64,000 nucleotides of DNA from a bacterium (GTDB lineage Bacteria > Bacillota > Clostridia > Oscillospirales > CAG-272), in the NCBI GenBank assembly GCA_963642885.1, contig CAVIJI010000004.1, positions 22,633 to 86,632 on the forward strand, written 5' to 3'. Below the pieces are notes generated by a model that was not told the origin of the DNA, searched no databases, and worked only from the letters and a program-made list of their open reading frames with translations. The translations under genes were made by a program, and so were the position numbers. This document shows, one piece after another, positions 39,359 through 48,332 of the stretch (the first letter of the stretch is position 1; the number at the start of each line of letters is the position of its first letter).

Positions 39359-40003
39359 TTAAAGCGATTCCATTAATTTTCTGTCCTCATCGGTGATGCG
39401 TTTATCCTTATAGTAGAACTGTCTGTCGTGTTCGTTTATTTCACGAAGTACATGACAGGGATTGCCTACGGCTACGACATTCGCGGGTATATCTTTTGTG
39501 ACAATGCTTCCCGCACCGATAACGGTATTATCGCCGATTGTTACACCGGGAAGAATAACGGCACCTGCACCTATCCAGCAGTTGCGTCCGATATGTACGG
39601 GTATATTAAACTGAAAGACCTTTTCTCTGTACTCGGGGGCGATGGGGTGTCCCGCTGTCGCTATCGTTACATTGGGACCGATCATGGTATATTCTCCGAT
39701 GTAAATATGAGAATCGTCAACGAGAGTCAGATTGAAATTGGCGTATACATGTGCACCGAGATGAACGTGATGACCGCCCCAGTTTGCGTGAAGCGGAGGC
39801 TCGATATAACAGCCCTCGCCGAGTTCGGCAAACATTTTCGATAAGAGTTCCTGTCTTTTCTCTCCTTCGAAAGGTCTGGTCGCGTTATAATCGTACTGGA
39901 GCTCAAGACATTCGGCTTGCTTTTTCGCCATTTCCTCATCGGTGCAGGCATACAGCCTTTCAGATGTCATTTTTTCCATGGTGGTAAGCTCTTGCTTTTC
40001 CAT
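39359..40003 (-). CDS. maa: Maltose/galactoside O-acetyltransferase (hexapeptide-repeat)
   Basis: 214 aa with a Mac-type N-terminus and left-handed beta-helix repeats (IGRNCWIGAGAVILPGVTIGDNTVIGAGSIV). Confidence 0.85.
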   Translation of the reverse strand: MEKQELTTMEKMTSERLYACTDEEMAKKQAECLELQYDYNATRPFEGEKRQELLSKMFAELGEGCYIEPPLHANWGGHHVHLGAHVYANFNLTLVDDSHIYIGEYTMIGPNVTIATAGHPIAPEYREKVFQFNIPVHIGRNCWIGAGAVILPGVTIGDNTVIGAGSIVTKDIPANVVAVGNPCHVLREINEHDRQFYYKDKRITDEDRKLMESL

Positions 40004-40103
40004 AAAAATAATTATCCTTTCATAATATATGCTACTATATAATTATATCAATTCCGCATGGCGGTGTCAATCGTTTTATACAGGAGTTTTTTGTGTAAAT
40101 ATA

Positions 40104-40148
40104 AATATGCGGTACCGCATGGCCTTTAACCGCACGGTACCGCATATT
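40104..40148 (-). terminator. Structured inverted repeat downstream of the SBP gene (probable terminator)
   Basis: aatatgcggtaccg-N17-cggtaccgcatatt. Each arm contains the palindrome cggtaccg. Confidence 0.5.
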
Positions 40149-40178
40149 AAATTATTCGTTTTAATTGTCAGACGGGAA

Positions 40179-41645
40179 TCAACCCTGTACGTCCTTAAGC
40201 GCTTCAATCGATTCGGATGATTTCTTGTCGAATTTCTCCTGAAGGCTTTGTGTCATGGATACAAGCTGTTCCGCACCGCTCTTCTGTACACTTGACAGGT
40301 ATGAATTATATACATCCCATGAACCGTAGCACGTCGAGTAGTCGAATGTACGGTTTGCAGTTAAAATGTCAAGCATTTCGGTGGTATCTTCGTCACGTGC
40401 GATTTTACCCTTCAGTGTTGTGTCGTAATACGCTTCCGTCAGGTAAGCATCGGAGTAAATCGCCATTGCTTCGATAACATCGCCTATAACCTCGCGGTTT
40501 GCCGAGGCGGTCTGAGGTATGCACATTGCCTGCGCTGTTGCCTCCATTGAACAGGTGTAATATCCCTGATTTTCGTCACGCATCGGGAAGGGAAGTACGC
40601 CAAACGGGTTTTCCATATTATCACGGAGTTCTTCTATAGATCCGAGCTGCATAATAAAGAACAGACACATGTCTGTGTAGAAGCTGGTATAACCCCAGTT
40701 GTCGTTGTTGACGATTACAGACAGATTTTCATCGTTCAAAAGGGCTGCGACTTTCTCGGTAACTGCGATGACATCGTCGGATGCGGTGTTTAATACAAAC
40801 TTTGTTTCATCCGCGTCATCGCTGAGATATACAAGCTGTACACCGCCGCCGTCTACAAGAGACAGATATTGTCCTATGCCGGTTACCAGTCCGTACATAT
40901 CGCCTTCGTTTCGGATACCGTCACCGTTCGCATCGGAGGAGACGGCTTTCATCAGTTCGCCCATCTTGTCGAGAGTCCATTTCTGCTCACGCACAAGTGT
41001 GTACGGATTGTCCAGCGTATAACGATCTATAAGCGTCTTGTTGAAATACAGCGCGCTGCATCCTTCCATTGAGTGAATGTTTGTGTCGTTGCAGGCAAAG
41101 AACAGTCTTCCGTTGAATGTGAATGCGTCTACCGAGTTTTTATCCCACCATGCGGGTTCAAAGGATAATGCTTCGAAAGAGTTTAAATCCAATAGGTTGC
41201 CGGACTCTGCCGTAGGCAGTAAGCTGTTAATGCGCTCCCATACCTGGTCGTATTCGTCCGAACCCGAATTAACGGATTTCTTTATGTATTGCGGAGCAGC
41301 CTTCGTTTCCTCAAGTGAAAGCTTTACGTTGTAGAGTTCTTCGATAAATAATTTACGCTCGTATACCGTATCATTGATGACTTCACCGGTCATTTCTTCC
41401 GCGTCAAGGGAAATGACCCACCAGTTGGAGTTAATGTCGCCGAGCATTCTGAAAGCATAGCCGCCGTAATCTTTGCTTTGAAGTGCTTCGAGTGCGGATG
41501 TTTCCGCTTCGGTTTCACTTTCCGCAACGGTTTCGTTTGCTAAAGCGGACGAATTATCGGTTGTTTCGGCGGGGGTGTTTTCTCCGCATCCTACAGAGAA
41601 AACAAGTAATAATGCAGCGAGGATAAAGCTTAGAGTTCGTTTCAT
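40179..41645 (-). CDS. ABC transporter extracellular solute-binding lipoprotein (family 1, orphan)
   Basis: 488 aa with lipobox LLVFSVGC and an SBP-like body. No permease or ATPase gene is adjacent. Confidence 0.8.
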   Translation of the reverse strand: MKRTLSFILAALLLVFSVGCGENTPAETTDNSSALANETVAESETEAETSALEALQSKDYGGYAFRMLGDINSNWWVISLDAEEMTGEVINDTVYERKLFIEELYNVKLSLEETKAAPQYIKKSVNSGSDEYDQVWERINSLLPTAESGNLLDLNSFEALSFEPAWWDKNSVDAFTFNGRLFFACNDTNIHSMEGCSALYFNKTLIDRYTLDNPYTLVREQKWTLDKMGELMKAVSSDANGDGIRNEGDMYGLVTGIGQYLSLVDGGGVQLVYLSDDADETKFVLNTASDDVIAVTEKVAALLNDENLSVIVNNDNWGYTSFYTDMCLFFIMQLGSIEELRDNMENPFGVLPFPMRDENQGYYTCSMEATAQAMCIPQTASANREVIGDVIEAMAIYSDAYLTEAYYDTTLKGKIARDEDTTEMLDILTANRTFDYSTCYGSWDVYNSYLSSVQKSGAEQLVSMTQSLQEKFDKKSSESIEALKDVQG

Positions 41646-41942
41646 GATTCTGATTCTCCTTAAGAAATAGTGATAGAACGCTGATATAAGTTTGTTTTTC
41701 GTAAAAACAGCTTAACCGCAAATAATTGCCAATGATTTTTTTGCATGACTATGAAAAACGGTGAATAAAATTACGATCCCATTTTCTCGGTACCTCCGAT
41801 CGGAAAATTTATATCAATTCAATTCGTATTGTAACATGATAAAAATGTAATGTCAATAAAAAATTTAAATAATATAATAAAATTACAGTAATAAATATCC
41901 AATCCGAGATTGATTTATGCAAATAGTGAAATATCAAGCGGT

Positions 41943-42336
41943 AAAAAACATAGGAGCCATGCTTCATGAAATGAAGCATGGCTCGGGGAGGCGGTGTATT
42001 TGCCGACGTTTAAATTTAACATAATCCGCCGACGTAGAGTAAGGAAAAACATAGGAGCCATACTTCATGAAATGAAGCATGGCTCGGGGAGGCGGTGTAT
42101 TTGCCGACGTTTAAATTTAACATAATCCGCCGACGTAGAGTAAGGAAAAACATAGGAGCCATACTTCATGAAATGAAGCATGGCTCGGGGAGGCGGTGTA
42201 TTTGCCGACGTTTAAATTTAACATAATCCGCCGACGTAGAGTAAGGAAAAACATAGGAGCCATACTTCATGAAATGAAGCATGGCTCGGGGAGGCGGTGT
42301 ATTTGCCGACGTTTAAATTTAACATAATCCGCCGAC
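41943..42336 (-). repeat. Tandem array, 101-bp unit x ~3.9, each unit carrying a 14-bp-stem hairpin
   Basis: cataggagcc recurs at 41949, 42050, 42151 and 42252. The units are identical except for one G/A site. The array ends 1 nt from the methyltransferase stop codon. Confidence 0.95.
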
Positions 42337-42337
42337 A

Positions 42338-43156
42338 TTAGTCAAACATATCGTAATTGCGCTTTTTTCCTATTAAAATGCCGCGCATGCAATACTTTGC
42401 CACAAGAGGATCCTCGCAGGTGTCAATCTGAACCTTGACGAAATTGCGGTACTCATCCTCGCTCATCGCATCGATTTCATCTATCATGTTGTACAAAAGC
42501 GAGTATGTCGATGCAACGGTTATTATCTCGATTCCGTATTCGCGTGCTATGTCCGTCATTTCATCGAGCATCATTCCGTAGAAGTTTTCACATTTGTGGT
42601 TCTTCTCGACATCGGCAAGCTTACGGTAAGCTCTCATTTTGTCAAGAGCGTTTTCCGTACGCATGGCATTAAAATATTGGCCGAGAGTCATTGCCATAGG
42701 TGTCATGTATGTATATGCAATGTATCCGCCCGGTTTTAAGACACGCATGGATTCCTTTATTATAGTTTCACGTTCGGCTCTGGTACATGCATGATAAAGC
42801 GGACCCATGGATACTAATATATCGAAGCTTTCGGAATCGAATTTGGATAGGCTTCTCGGACTTGAACAGTATATATTTTCGAGTAGTGATGCCTTGGGGG
42901 ACGATTTGAGCAGTTCGTAATGTTCTTCGAGAAGGTCACCGGCCGTTACGGTATATCCTTTTTCTGCAAATTTAAATGCGAATGTACCTGTTCCGGCTGC
43001 TGTGTCGATAACTTTTCCCGATTCGGGTAAATACTTATCGAATAAATATTCGATAGTTTCTGTTTCTGCGGAGGTGAGTCGATCTGAATTGTGTTCTTCT
43101 CTGAACAGACCGTAATATTCAAACATGTCCATAAAATTTCTCCGTTGATTTGACAT
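42338..43156 (-). CDS. Class I SAM-dependent methyltransferase
   Basis: Motif I is VIDTAAGTGTFA. The likely true start is ATG 43132 (MDMFEYY), 8 nt after GGAG. Confidence 0.8.
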   Translation of the reverse strand: MSNQRRNFMDMFEYYGLFREEHNSDRLTSAETETIEYLFDKYLPESGKVIDTAAGTGTFAFKFAEKGYTVTAGDLLEEHYELLKSSPKASLLENIYCSSPRSLSKFDSESFDILVSMGPLYHACTRAERETIIKESMRVLKPGGYIAYTYMTPMAMTLGQYFNAMRTENALDKMRAYRKLADVEKNHKCENFYGMMLDEMTDIAREYGIEIITVASTYSLLYNMIDEIDAMSEDEYRNFVKVQIDTCEDPLVAKYCMRGILIGKKRNYDMFD

Positions 43157-43445
43157 AGTGTTGTTTTTTGTGAAAAGCAGGCATTACAAATAAAAACCAA
43201 GTGCGAACCTTCTCCAAATACATCTTAGCATAAAAATACGTAATTGTCAATAACTTTTCATGAAGATGAAAGAAAGAAACATTTTTTACTTGTATTTGTG
43301 TTACGTATATGTTATAATTAATATAGGGTGAGTTTACATATACGAGCCTTATAAAACCAAACCGAGTAATCGGATACATATGTCGATTAAAGTGATTTAT
43401 TAAAAGACGGCTGTACTCGGTATAATCGCGGAAAGGAAGTTCAAA

Positions 43446-44888
43446 TTGGAACCGAACGATAAAGAATATTTGCCGGAAGACGATGTACATTCCGAGGACG
43501 ATACTCAGTCTCATGATGAAAATCAGGATGAAACACCCGAAGCGGAAGAAACGCAAGTAAAAGAAAACGATAATGATACCGAAATAACGGAAACCACTGA
43601 TAATGATACGGCGGATGATTCCGCGGAGTCGAATTATACTACGGATGAGGACGATATTGCTTACGTAGCTGAAAGAATTACCGGAGCAAGACACAGTATG
43701 GTTACAACGGCGGCCCCTCTCAGAGTACGTACGAACAACGAAACCATGCGTATGAATTCGCTCAGCAGAATAGTAAACGAGAGCACTGAAAAAGCCGAAA
43801 CAAACAAAGAGAAAAACGAAAAAAAATCCAAACGATTTGTGCTGACTACTGCAGTCGTTGCCGTATTTGTCGCGGTAATTCTTTCGACGATCATTGTGGG
43901 TGTTAATATTGTCGCTGACAAAAATAAGCCTGCCGACATAAACATAGGTGATGTCGCAGAGGATTATATCAGCCTTGTAAACACCGAGACCGAGGTCGAA
44001 ACCGAAAAAGCCGCGGAGACGGCATGGATAAAAAACAATACCGAAACAACCGAAACACAGGAAACAAAAATCGATGAGACAGAGGTTGATACGGATGAAA
44101 CCGAGGAAGAGAGCGAGCCCGAAACACAGCCCGAGACCGAGGTGAACACTCCGGTATATAACGTTATTCTCGACTTTTACGACAGAGACGATATAGAAAT
44201 TTCAACGGAGCAGATGACGTTAAACAGTCTGTTGGAGCTGTGCGGTATCACCCTTAACGACAATGAAGTACCGTCGTTATCGCTTGACTCGGTAATTGCC
44301 GCCGATACGACAATTACTATAAACAAATACGAGTATAAATCGGAAACCGTGTCCGAAACGATTCCGTACGGTACAAAGGCAACCGAAACCGATTTTATAC
44401 CGAGAGGTGAGAAAAAATACTCACAATACGGTGAAAACGGACAGATGAACAAGTACTACACTGTTGAATATATAAACGGAAAAGAAAACTCACGTACTCT
44501 CGATTATGAGGAAACGGTTAAATATCCCGTCGATGAGGTTTACGAGGAGGGTGTCGGAGGTTCGTTTGTCGGTTCGGACGGTGTGACATACACATATTCA
44601 TACAGAAGGGTAGTTCCTGCGACATATTACAATATAGAAGGACTTACATATCTCGGTACAATGGCGGATGAGAGTGTCATTGCCGTTGACATGGACAATA
44701 TCCCGCTCGGAACACGTCTGTATGTGAAAAACGATACATATGATTTCGGTGTCAGAATAGCATCCGACATAGGCGGTGCGGTTGACGATTGGGAAATAGA
44801 TATTTGGCTCTCAAGCAGCAATCCGCAGTTTGCTTCGTTTTCTCAGGTCGGATACATATATGATATGGAGATATACTATATTGACTGA
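43446..44888 (+). CDS. Cell-wall-associated G5 + 3D domain protein (YabE/RpfB-like) with acidic N-terminal region
   Basis: 480 aa from a TTG start after AAGGAAG. It has one TM (FVLTTAVVAVFVAVILSTIIVGV), a G5-like segment (ETIPYGT...YTVEYINGKE) and a C-terminal 3D-like segment (GTRLYV...DIGGAV...IDIW). Confidence 0.65.
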   Translation: MEPNDKEYLPEDDVHSEDDTQSHDENQDETPEAEETQVKENDNDTEITETTDNDTADDSAESNYTTDEDDIAYVAERITGARHSMVTTAAPLRVRTNNETMRMNSLSRIVNESTEKAETNKEKNEKKSKRFVLTTAVVAVFVAVILSTIIVGVNIVADKNKPADINIGDVAEDYISLVNTETEVETEKAAETAWIKNNTETTETQETKIDETEVDTDETEEESEPETQPETEVNTPVYNVILDFYDRDDIEISTEQMTLNSLLELCGITLNDNEVPSLSLDSVIAADTTITINKYEYKSETVSETIPYGTKATETDFIPRGEKKYSQYGENGQMNKYYTVEYINGKENSRTLDYEETVKYPVDEVYEEGVGGSFVGSDGVTYTYSYRRVVPATYYNIEGLTYLGTMADESVIAVDMDNIPLGTRLYVKNDTYDFGVRIASDIGGAVDDWEIDIWLSSSNPQFASFSQVGYIYDMEIYYID

Positions 44889-44904
44889 ATAAAGGAGATT
44901 TGTT

Positions 44905-46041
44905 ATGGATTTTACGCCGCTTCGTAAATATCAGGATTACCTGACAAGCTGGAGAATTCCGGGAAACGATTGCATGGTTGTCAAAGACGGAAAAGAAATA
45001 TACCGTTATATGTCAGGCTATGCGGATTGTGAAAAAGGAAGAAAAATGTCAGGCGATGAGCTTTACTATTTCTGGTCGGCATCGAAGGTGATAACCTGTT
45101 CTCTCGCACTTAAGCTTCATGAGGAAGGCAAGTATGTGATGAACGATCGCCTGTCCGATTATATGCCCGAATTTTCCGAAATGATGATAAGCAAGGTCAT
45201 CGACGGAAAGGAAGAACTTGTAAAGGCCGAAAAGCCGATTCTTATCAAGCATCTGTTCAATATGACCGCAGGCTTCGATTATAATTTCTCGACACCGTAT
45301 GTTGACGAAGTTAAAAAGAAAACAAACGGATTGTGTCCTACGAGAGAGGTAGCTGCGGCTATCGCAAAAAATCCGCTTCGTTTCGAACCCGGTGAGCACT
45401 GGAATTACAGCCTGTGTCACGATGTTCTCGGTGCGTTCATAGAGGTAGTTTCGGGAAAAAAGCTGCGTGATTACGCAAAAGAGGTTTTATTCGACCCTCT
45501 CGGAATGACGGATACCACGTACAATATGCCGTCCGCCGACAAGATAAGCAGATTCGCTATACAGTACAGCTACAGAGATGACCTTAACAAATACCTGCCG
45601 ACGAACAATACTTGCGGACACTTTTTGGGAAGTGAATACGATTCGGGCGGCGCCGGAATCGTTTCAAGCTGTGCGGATTATATGAAGTTCGCATCTACCT
45701 TGGCAAACGGCGGTACATCATCAAACGGATACAGATACCTTTCTCCCGCGACAATTGAGCTTATGAGTACCAATACCCTCGGAGAAACACAGATGAAAGA
45801 CTACGGTTGGGGACATCTTATAGGCTACGGTTACGGATACGGTGTCAGAACCATGATTGACAAAGCTGTCTCGGGTTCGCTTTCGCCTATAGGTGAATTC
45901 GGCTGGGGCGGTGCAGCGGGTGTTTGGGTAATAATCGATCCGAAAAACAATCTTTCGCTTGTTTATACCCAGCATATGCTGAATAATCAGGAAAACATCA
46001 ATGCTCCGAGACTCAGAAACGTTCTTTATTCCTGTTTGTAA
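44905..46041 (+). CDS. Serine hydrolase, class C beta-lactamase/PBP family
   Basis: 378 aa with SxxK = SASK and a YSL motif. An SD AAAGGAG lies upstream. Confidence 0.85.
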   Translation: MDFTPLRKYQDYLTSWRIPGNDCMVVKDGKEIYRYMSGYADCEKGRKMSGDELYYFWSASKVITCSLALKLHEEGKYVMNDRLSDYMPEFSEMMISKVIDGKEELVKAEKPILIKHLFNMTAGFDYNFSTPYVDEVKKKTNGLCPTREVAAAIAKNPLRFEPGEHWNYSLCHDVLGAFIEVVSGKKLRDYAKEVLFDPLGMTDTTYNMPSADKISRFAIQYSYRDDLNKYLPTNNTCGHFLGSEYDSGGAGIVSSCADYMKFASTLANGGTSSNGYRYLSPATIELMSTNTLGETQMKDYGWGHLIGYGYGYGVRTMIDKAVSGSLSPIGEFGWGGAAGVWVIIDPKNNLSLVYTQHMLNNQENINAPRLRNVLYSCL

Positions 46042-46196
46042 AATTACGCAGCTACAATAGTAGTTGTATTGTTGATAATGTGTAAACAATGCCGAATCAG
46101 ATGCGACAAAAACGCGAATATTGTTGCAAAACGACGAACAATGTGGTAACATTAATGATAGTGTACAAATTCTTGATCGAAAGAAAGGAAAATGTT

Positions 46197-47699
46197 ATGA
46201 AAAGATTTTTATCTCTTATTTTAGCTGCACTTATCCTTTCCGCTTCATTCACGGCATGTTCGGAAACAACAACAAATGAGAATGATGAGAGCGCGGAAAC
46301 GGAAACGGCTCAATCGGCATCCGAGACGGTAGTGGAAACGGAAGAGGAAACCGAAAAGTATCTTGACGATCTTCCCGAGACAATGGATTTCGGCGGAGAA
46401 ACCGTAAGCTTTTACGTAGAGGACGACGCATCAAACGGATTGGGTGAGCTGTCTATTCTTGCGGAAGAGGATACAGGCGACGTTGTCGATTCTGCCGTAG
46501 TACAGAGAAACAACACCATAACCGAGAGATTGAATATCAACTTGGCTATAACCGAGGTTGTAGGCGGTAACAGTATCAGCTCTGCCCTCAAGACCGGAGT
46601 AGCAGCGGGCGGATGCGACTTTGATATAATGAGCGTATACCAGTACTACGGAGTCGGTACCGCGGCATCGGGCAATGTGTATAACATCGCAAACCTTCCC
46701 TATGTGGACTTCAGCCGCGAATACTGGGGCACAGATTATATCGATAACTTGTCGTACAAGGGCGCGATTTATTGGGCAACAGGCGACATAGCTCTGAAGT
46801 ATATAGGCGGTGCATACTGTACGTATGTTAACGACACAGTATGGAACAACAATTATCCCGACCAGAACGTATACGACATTGTTAACGAAGGTCAATGGAC
46901 TCTTGACAAGTTTACCGAGTTTGCCGAAAAAGTATATTCCGATGCAAACGGTAACGGAGAGAAGGATGTAGATGATATATACGGATTCAACATCTGCTAC
47001 GAAGACCCGGTTGACGGTATGGCTGCAGCTTGCGGAGTAGAATATTCCAAGAAGGACGAAAACGGAGTTCCGGTTATCACTATTGAGAGCGAACACACGA
47101 TAAATGTTTATGATAAGCTTTATAAACTTATCGGTGCAAATCCCAATGTTTACGTAAGTGCCAGCGATGGCGGCGGACAGCAGATGATGAAGCTGTTTGC
47201 AACAGGCAATGCAATGCTTGCCGTAAACAAGCTTTTCCAGGCAGCTGCTTTCTTGCGTGATATGGAAGACACATACAAAATCGTTCCCGCTCCGAAGTAT
47301 GATGAGAACCAGGAATACTATATGACAATGCTTCACGACAGTGTAAACTGCTATGGTATACCTGTTACAAACACGAAATACGAGCTTATGGGTGCAACTC
47401 TCGAAGCTATGGCTTCTGAAAGCTATAAGGTTGTTTCTCCCGCTTACTACGAAAAAGCACTTAAATTCAAGTACGTTCGTGACTCCGAGTCAGGTCAGAT
47501 GATCGAGCTTATTCGTGAGCATGTAACAGCTGACTTTGCAGCACTTTACTCAAACAGCATTTCGAATATTGTACACTTCTTCAGACAACAGCTTGATGCG
47601 GGTACAGAGAACATTACTTCCGTATTCGCAAAGAAGGAAAAGGTTTGGAACAAGGCACTCGAAAAGCTGCTCACCGGACTTGAGGAGAGCGCGGGCTAA
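46197..47699 (+). CDS. ABC transporter extracellular solute-binding lipoprotein (family 1, orphan)
   Basis: The start is placed at ATG 46197 (MKRFLSLILAALILSASFTAC lipobox). It is a paralog of the 40179..41645 protein. No permease gene is adjacent. Confidence 0.8.
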   Translation: MKRFLSLILAALILSASFTACSETTTNENDESAETETAQSASETVVETEEETEKYLDDLPETMDFGGETVSFYVEDDASNGLGELSILAEEDTGDVVDSAVVQRNNTITERLNINLAITEVVGGNSISSALKTGVAAGGCDFDIMSVYQYYGVGTAASGNVYNIANLPYVDFSREYWGTDYIDNLSYKGAIYWATGDIALKYIGGAYCTYVNDTVWNNNYPDQNVYDIVNEGQWTLDKFTEFAEKVYSDANGNGEKDVDDIYGFNICYEDPVDGMAAACGVEYSKKDENGVPVITIESEHTINVYDKLYKLIGANPNVYVSASDGGGQQMMKLFATGNAMLAVNKLFQAAAFLRDMEDTYKIVPAPKYDENQEYYMTMLHDSVNCYGIPVTNTKYELMGATLEAMASESYKVVSPAYYEKALKFKYVRDSESGQMIELIREHVTADFAALYSNSISNIVHFFRQQLDAGTENITSVFAKKEKVWNKALEKLLTGLEESAG

Positions 47700-47700
47700 T

Positions 47701-47847
47701 GAATGGGGATACACCTCATCTTAAGGGTTGAGAAATCCACCCCATTCCCGAGAATTTCCGTAAACGGAAATTCTCCGAAGTGAGGCTTATATGTACGTGG
47801 GATATACCTCATCTTAGGGGTTGAGTAATCCACCCCATTCCCGAATT
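47701..47847 (+). repeat. Mosaic structured repeat: module A - hairpin B - module A
   Basis: Module A1 is GAATGGGG-N31-CCCCATTC (47701-47747). Hairpin B is gagaatttccg-taaa-cggaaattctc (47750-47775). Module A2 is a 5'-truncated copy (47797-47840). Confidence 0.85.
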
Positions 47848-47856
47848 TTAAACAGT

Positions 47857-47904
47857 AAAAAAGGATGTATCCCGAGCGAGTATGCTCGGAGATACATCCT
47901 TTTT
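47857..47904. terminator. Bidirectional terminator
   Basis: aaaaaggatgtatc[ccgagc-gagtat-gctcgg]agatacatccttttt, a nested stem flanked by A/T runs. Confidence 0.75.
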
Positions 47905-47923
47905 ATGTGGGTCCGCAAAATAC

Positions 47924-48241
47924 TTATTTGTTTTTCTTGTCTTCTGCTTCTTTTTTCTTGTCGTAGCCGCGGTTGATGATGTAGATAACAATGTTGATGG
48001 ATACGACGATGAGGTTGAAGAAGTAAACCACCAAAACATAGGGAGCCACGTGTCCACCTATGCTCAATTTTACGAATTTAGCAATGATGCCGCAGATGTA
48101 ACCGGTAATTATGAGAAGAATGAAGGGAAGACTCATAGCTTTTGCGGATTTTGCTTTATAGTTTTTGATAACCGAAAGAGGCCATGAAGCTCCGAAGCAA
48201 ATGAGCATGCAAGCTTCAAGTACTGATGAAAGTGTCTCCAT
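47924..48241 (-). CDS. Small 3-TM membrane protein, PQ-loop/SemiSWEET-like
   Basis: 105 aa with three hydrophobic helices. SWPLSVIKNYKAKSAKAMSLPF resembles a PQ-loop motif with Q replaced by L. Confidence 0.4.
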   Translation of the reverse strand: METLSSVLEACMLICFGASWPLSVIKNYKAKSAKAMSLPFILLIITGYICGIIAKFVKLSIGGHVAPYVLVVYFFNLIVVSINIVIYIINRGYDKKKEAEDKKNK

Positions 48242-48284
48242 GATAAGTCATCTCCGAAAGAATGTTATTTGAAAATTTCCAAAA

Positions 48285-48320
48285 AAAAGCGGTTCGCGGA
48301 GTAAATCCGAAACCGCTTTT
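48285..48320 (-). terminator. Terminator after rplA
   Basis: aaaagcggtt...aaccgctttt, with a long T-run on the minus strand. Confidence 0.7.
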
Positions 48321-48332
48321 AGTATACATTTA

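Noticed and set aside
42070-42123. A 17-aa Cys-rich micro-ORF (MKHGSGRRCICRRLNLT) is present on the plus strand in every 101-bp unit, downstream of AGGAG.
   Set aside because: The ATG is buried in the 3' arm of the 14-bp hairpin and the SD spacing is about 14 nt. The other structural evidence favours the minus strand as the functional one. It cannot be fully excluded without Ribo-seq.
41943-42336. Could the 101-bp array (and the 94-bp array at 53929-54440) be CRISPR arrays?
   Set aside because: Whole units repeat head-to-tail with no unique spacers. The periods (101 and 94 bp) are not of repeat-plus-spacer type, and there are no cas genes in the window.
43157-43445. Possible c-di-AMP (ydaO-type) riboswitch upstream of the G5-3D cell-wall gene.
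   Set aside because: The conserved cores I remember (GGGGACCCA, GGUGAAUC, CCGAACCCG...CUAACC) are absent from this spacer.
43119-43694. 191-aa minus-strand ORF.
   Set aside because: It is antisense to the acidic N-terminus of the G5-3D gene and spans the AT-rich divergent promoter region. Its I/F/R-rich composition is low-complexity, typical of the antisense of GA-rich coding sequence.
46431-47336. Long antisense ORFs inside well-supported genes: 46431..47336, 49485..50237, 52200..52889, 17995..18780, 19329..20012, 59085..59750 and 36409..36882.
   Set aside because: Each lies wholly within a longer ORF on the opposite strand that has clear family motifs. None has a recognisable motif or SD of its own.
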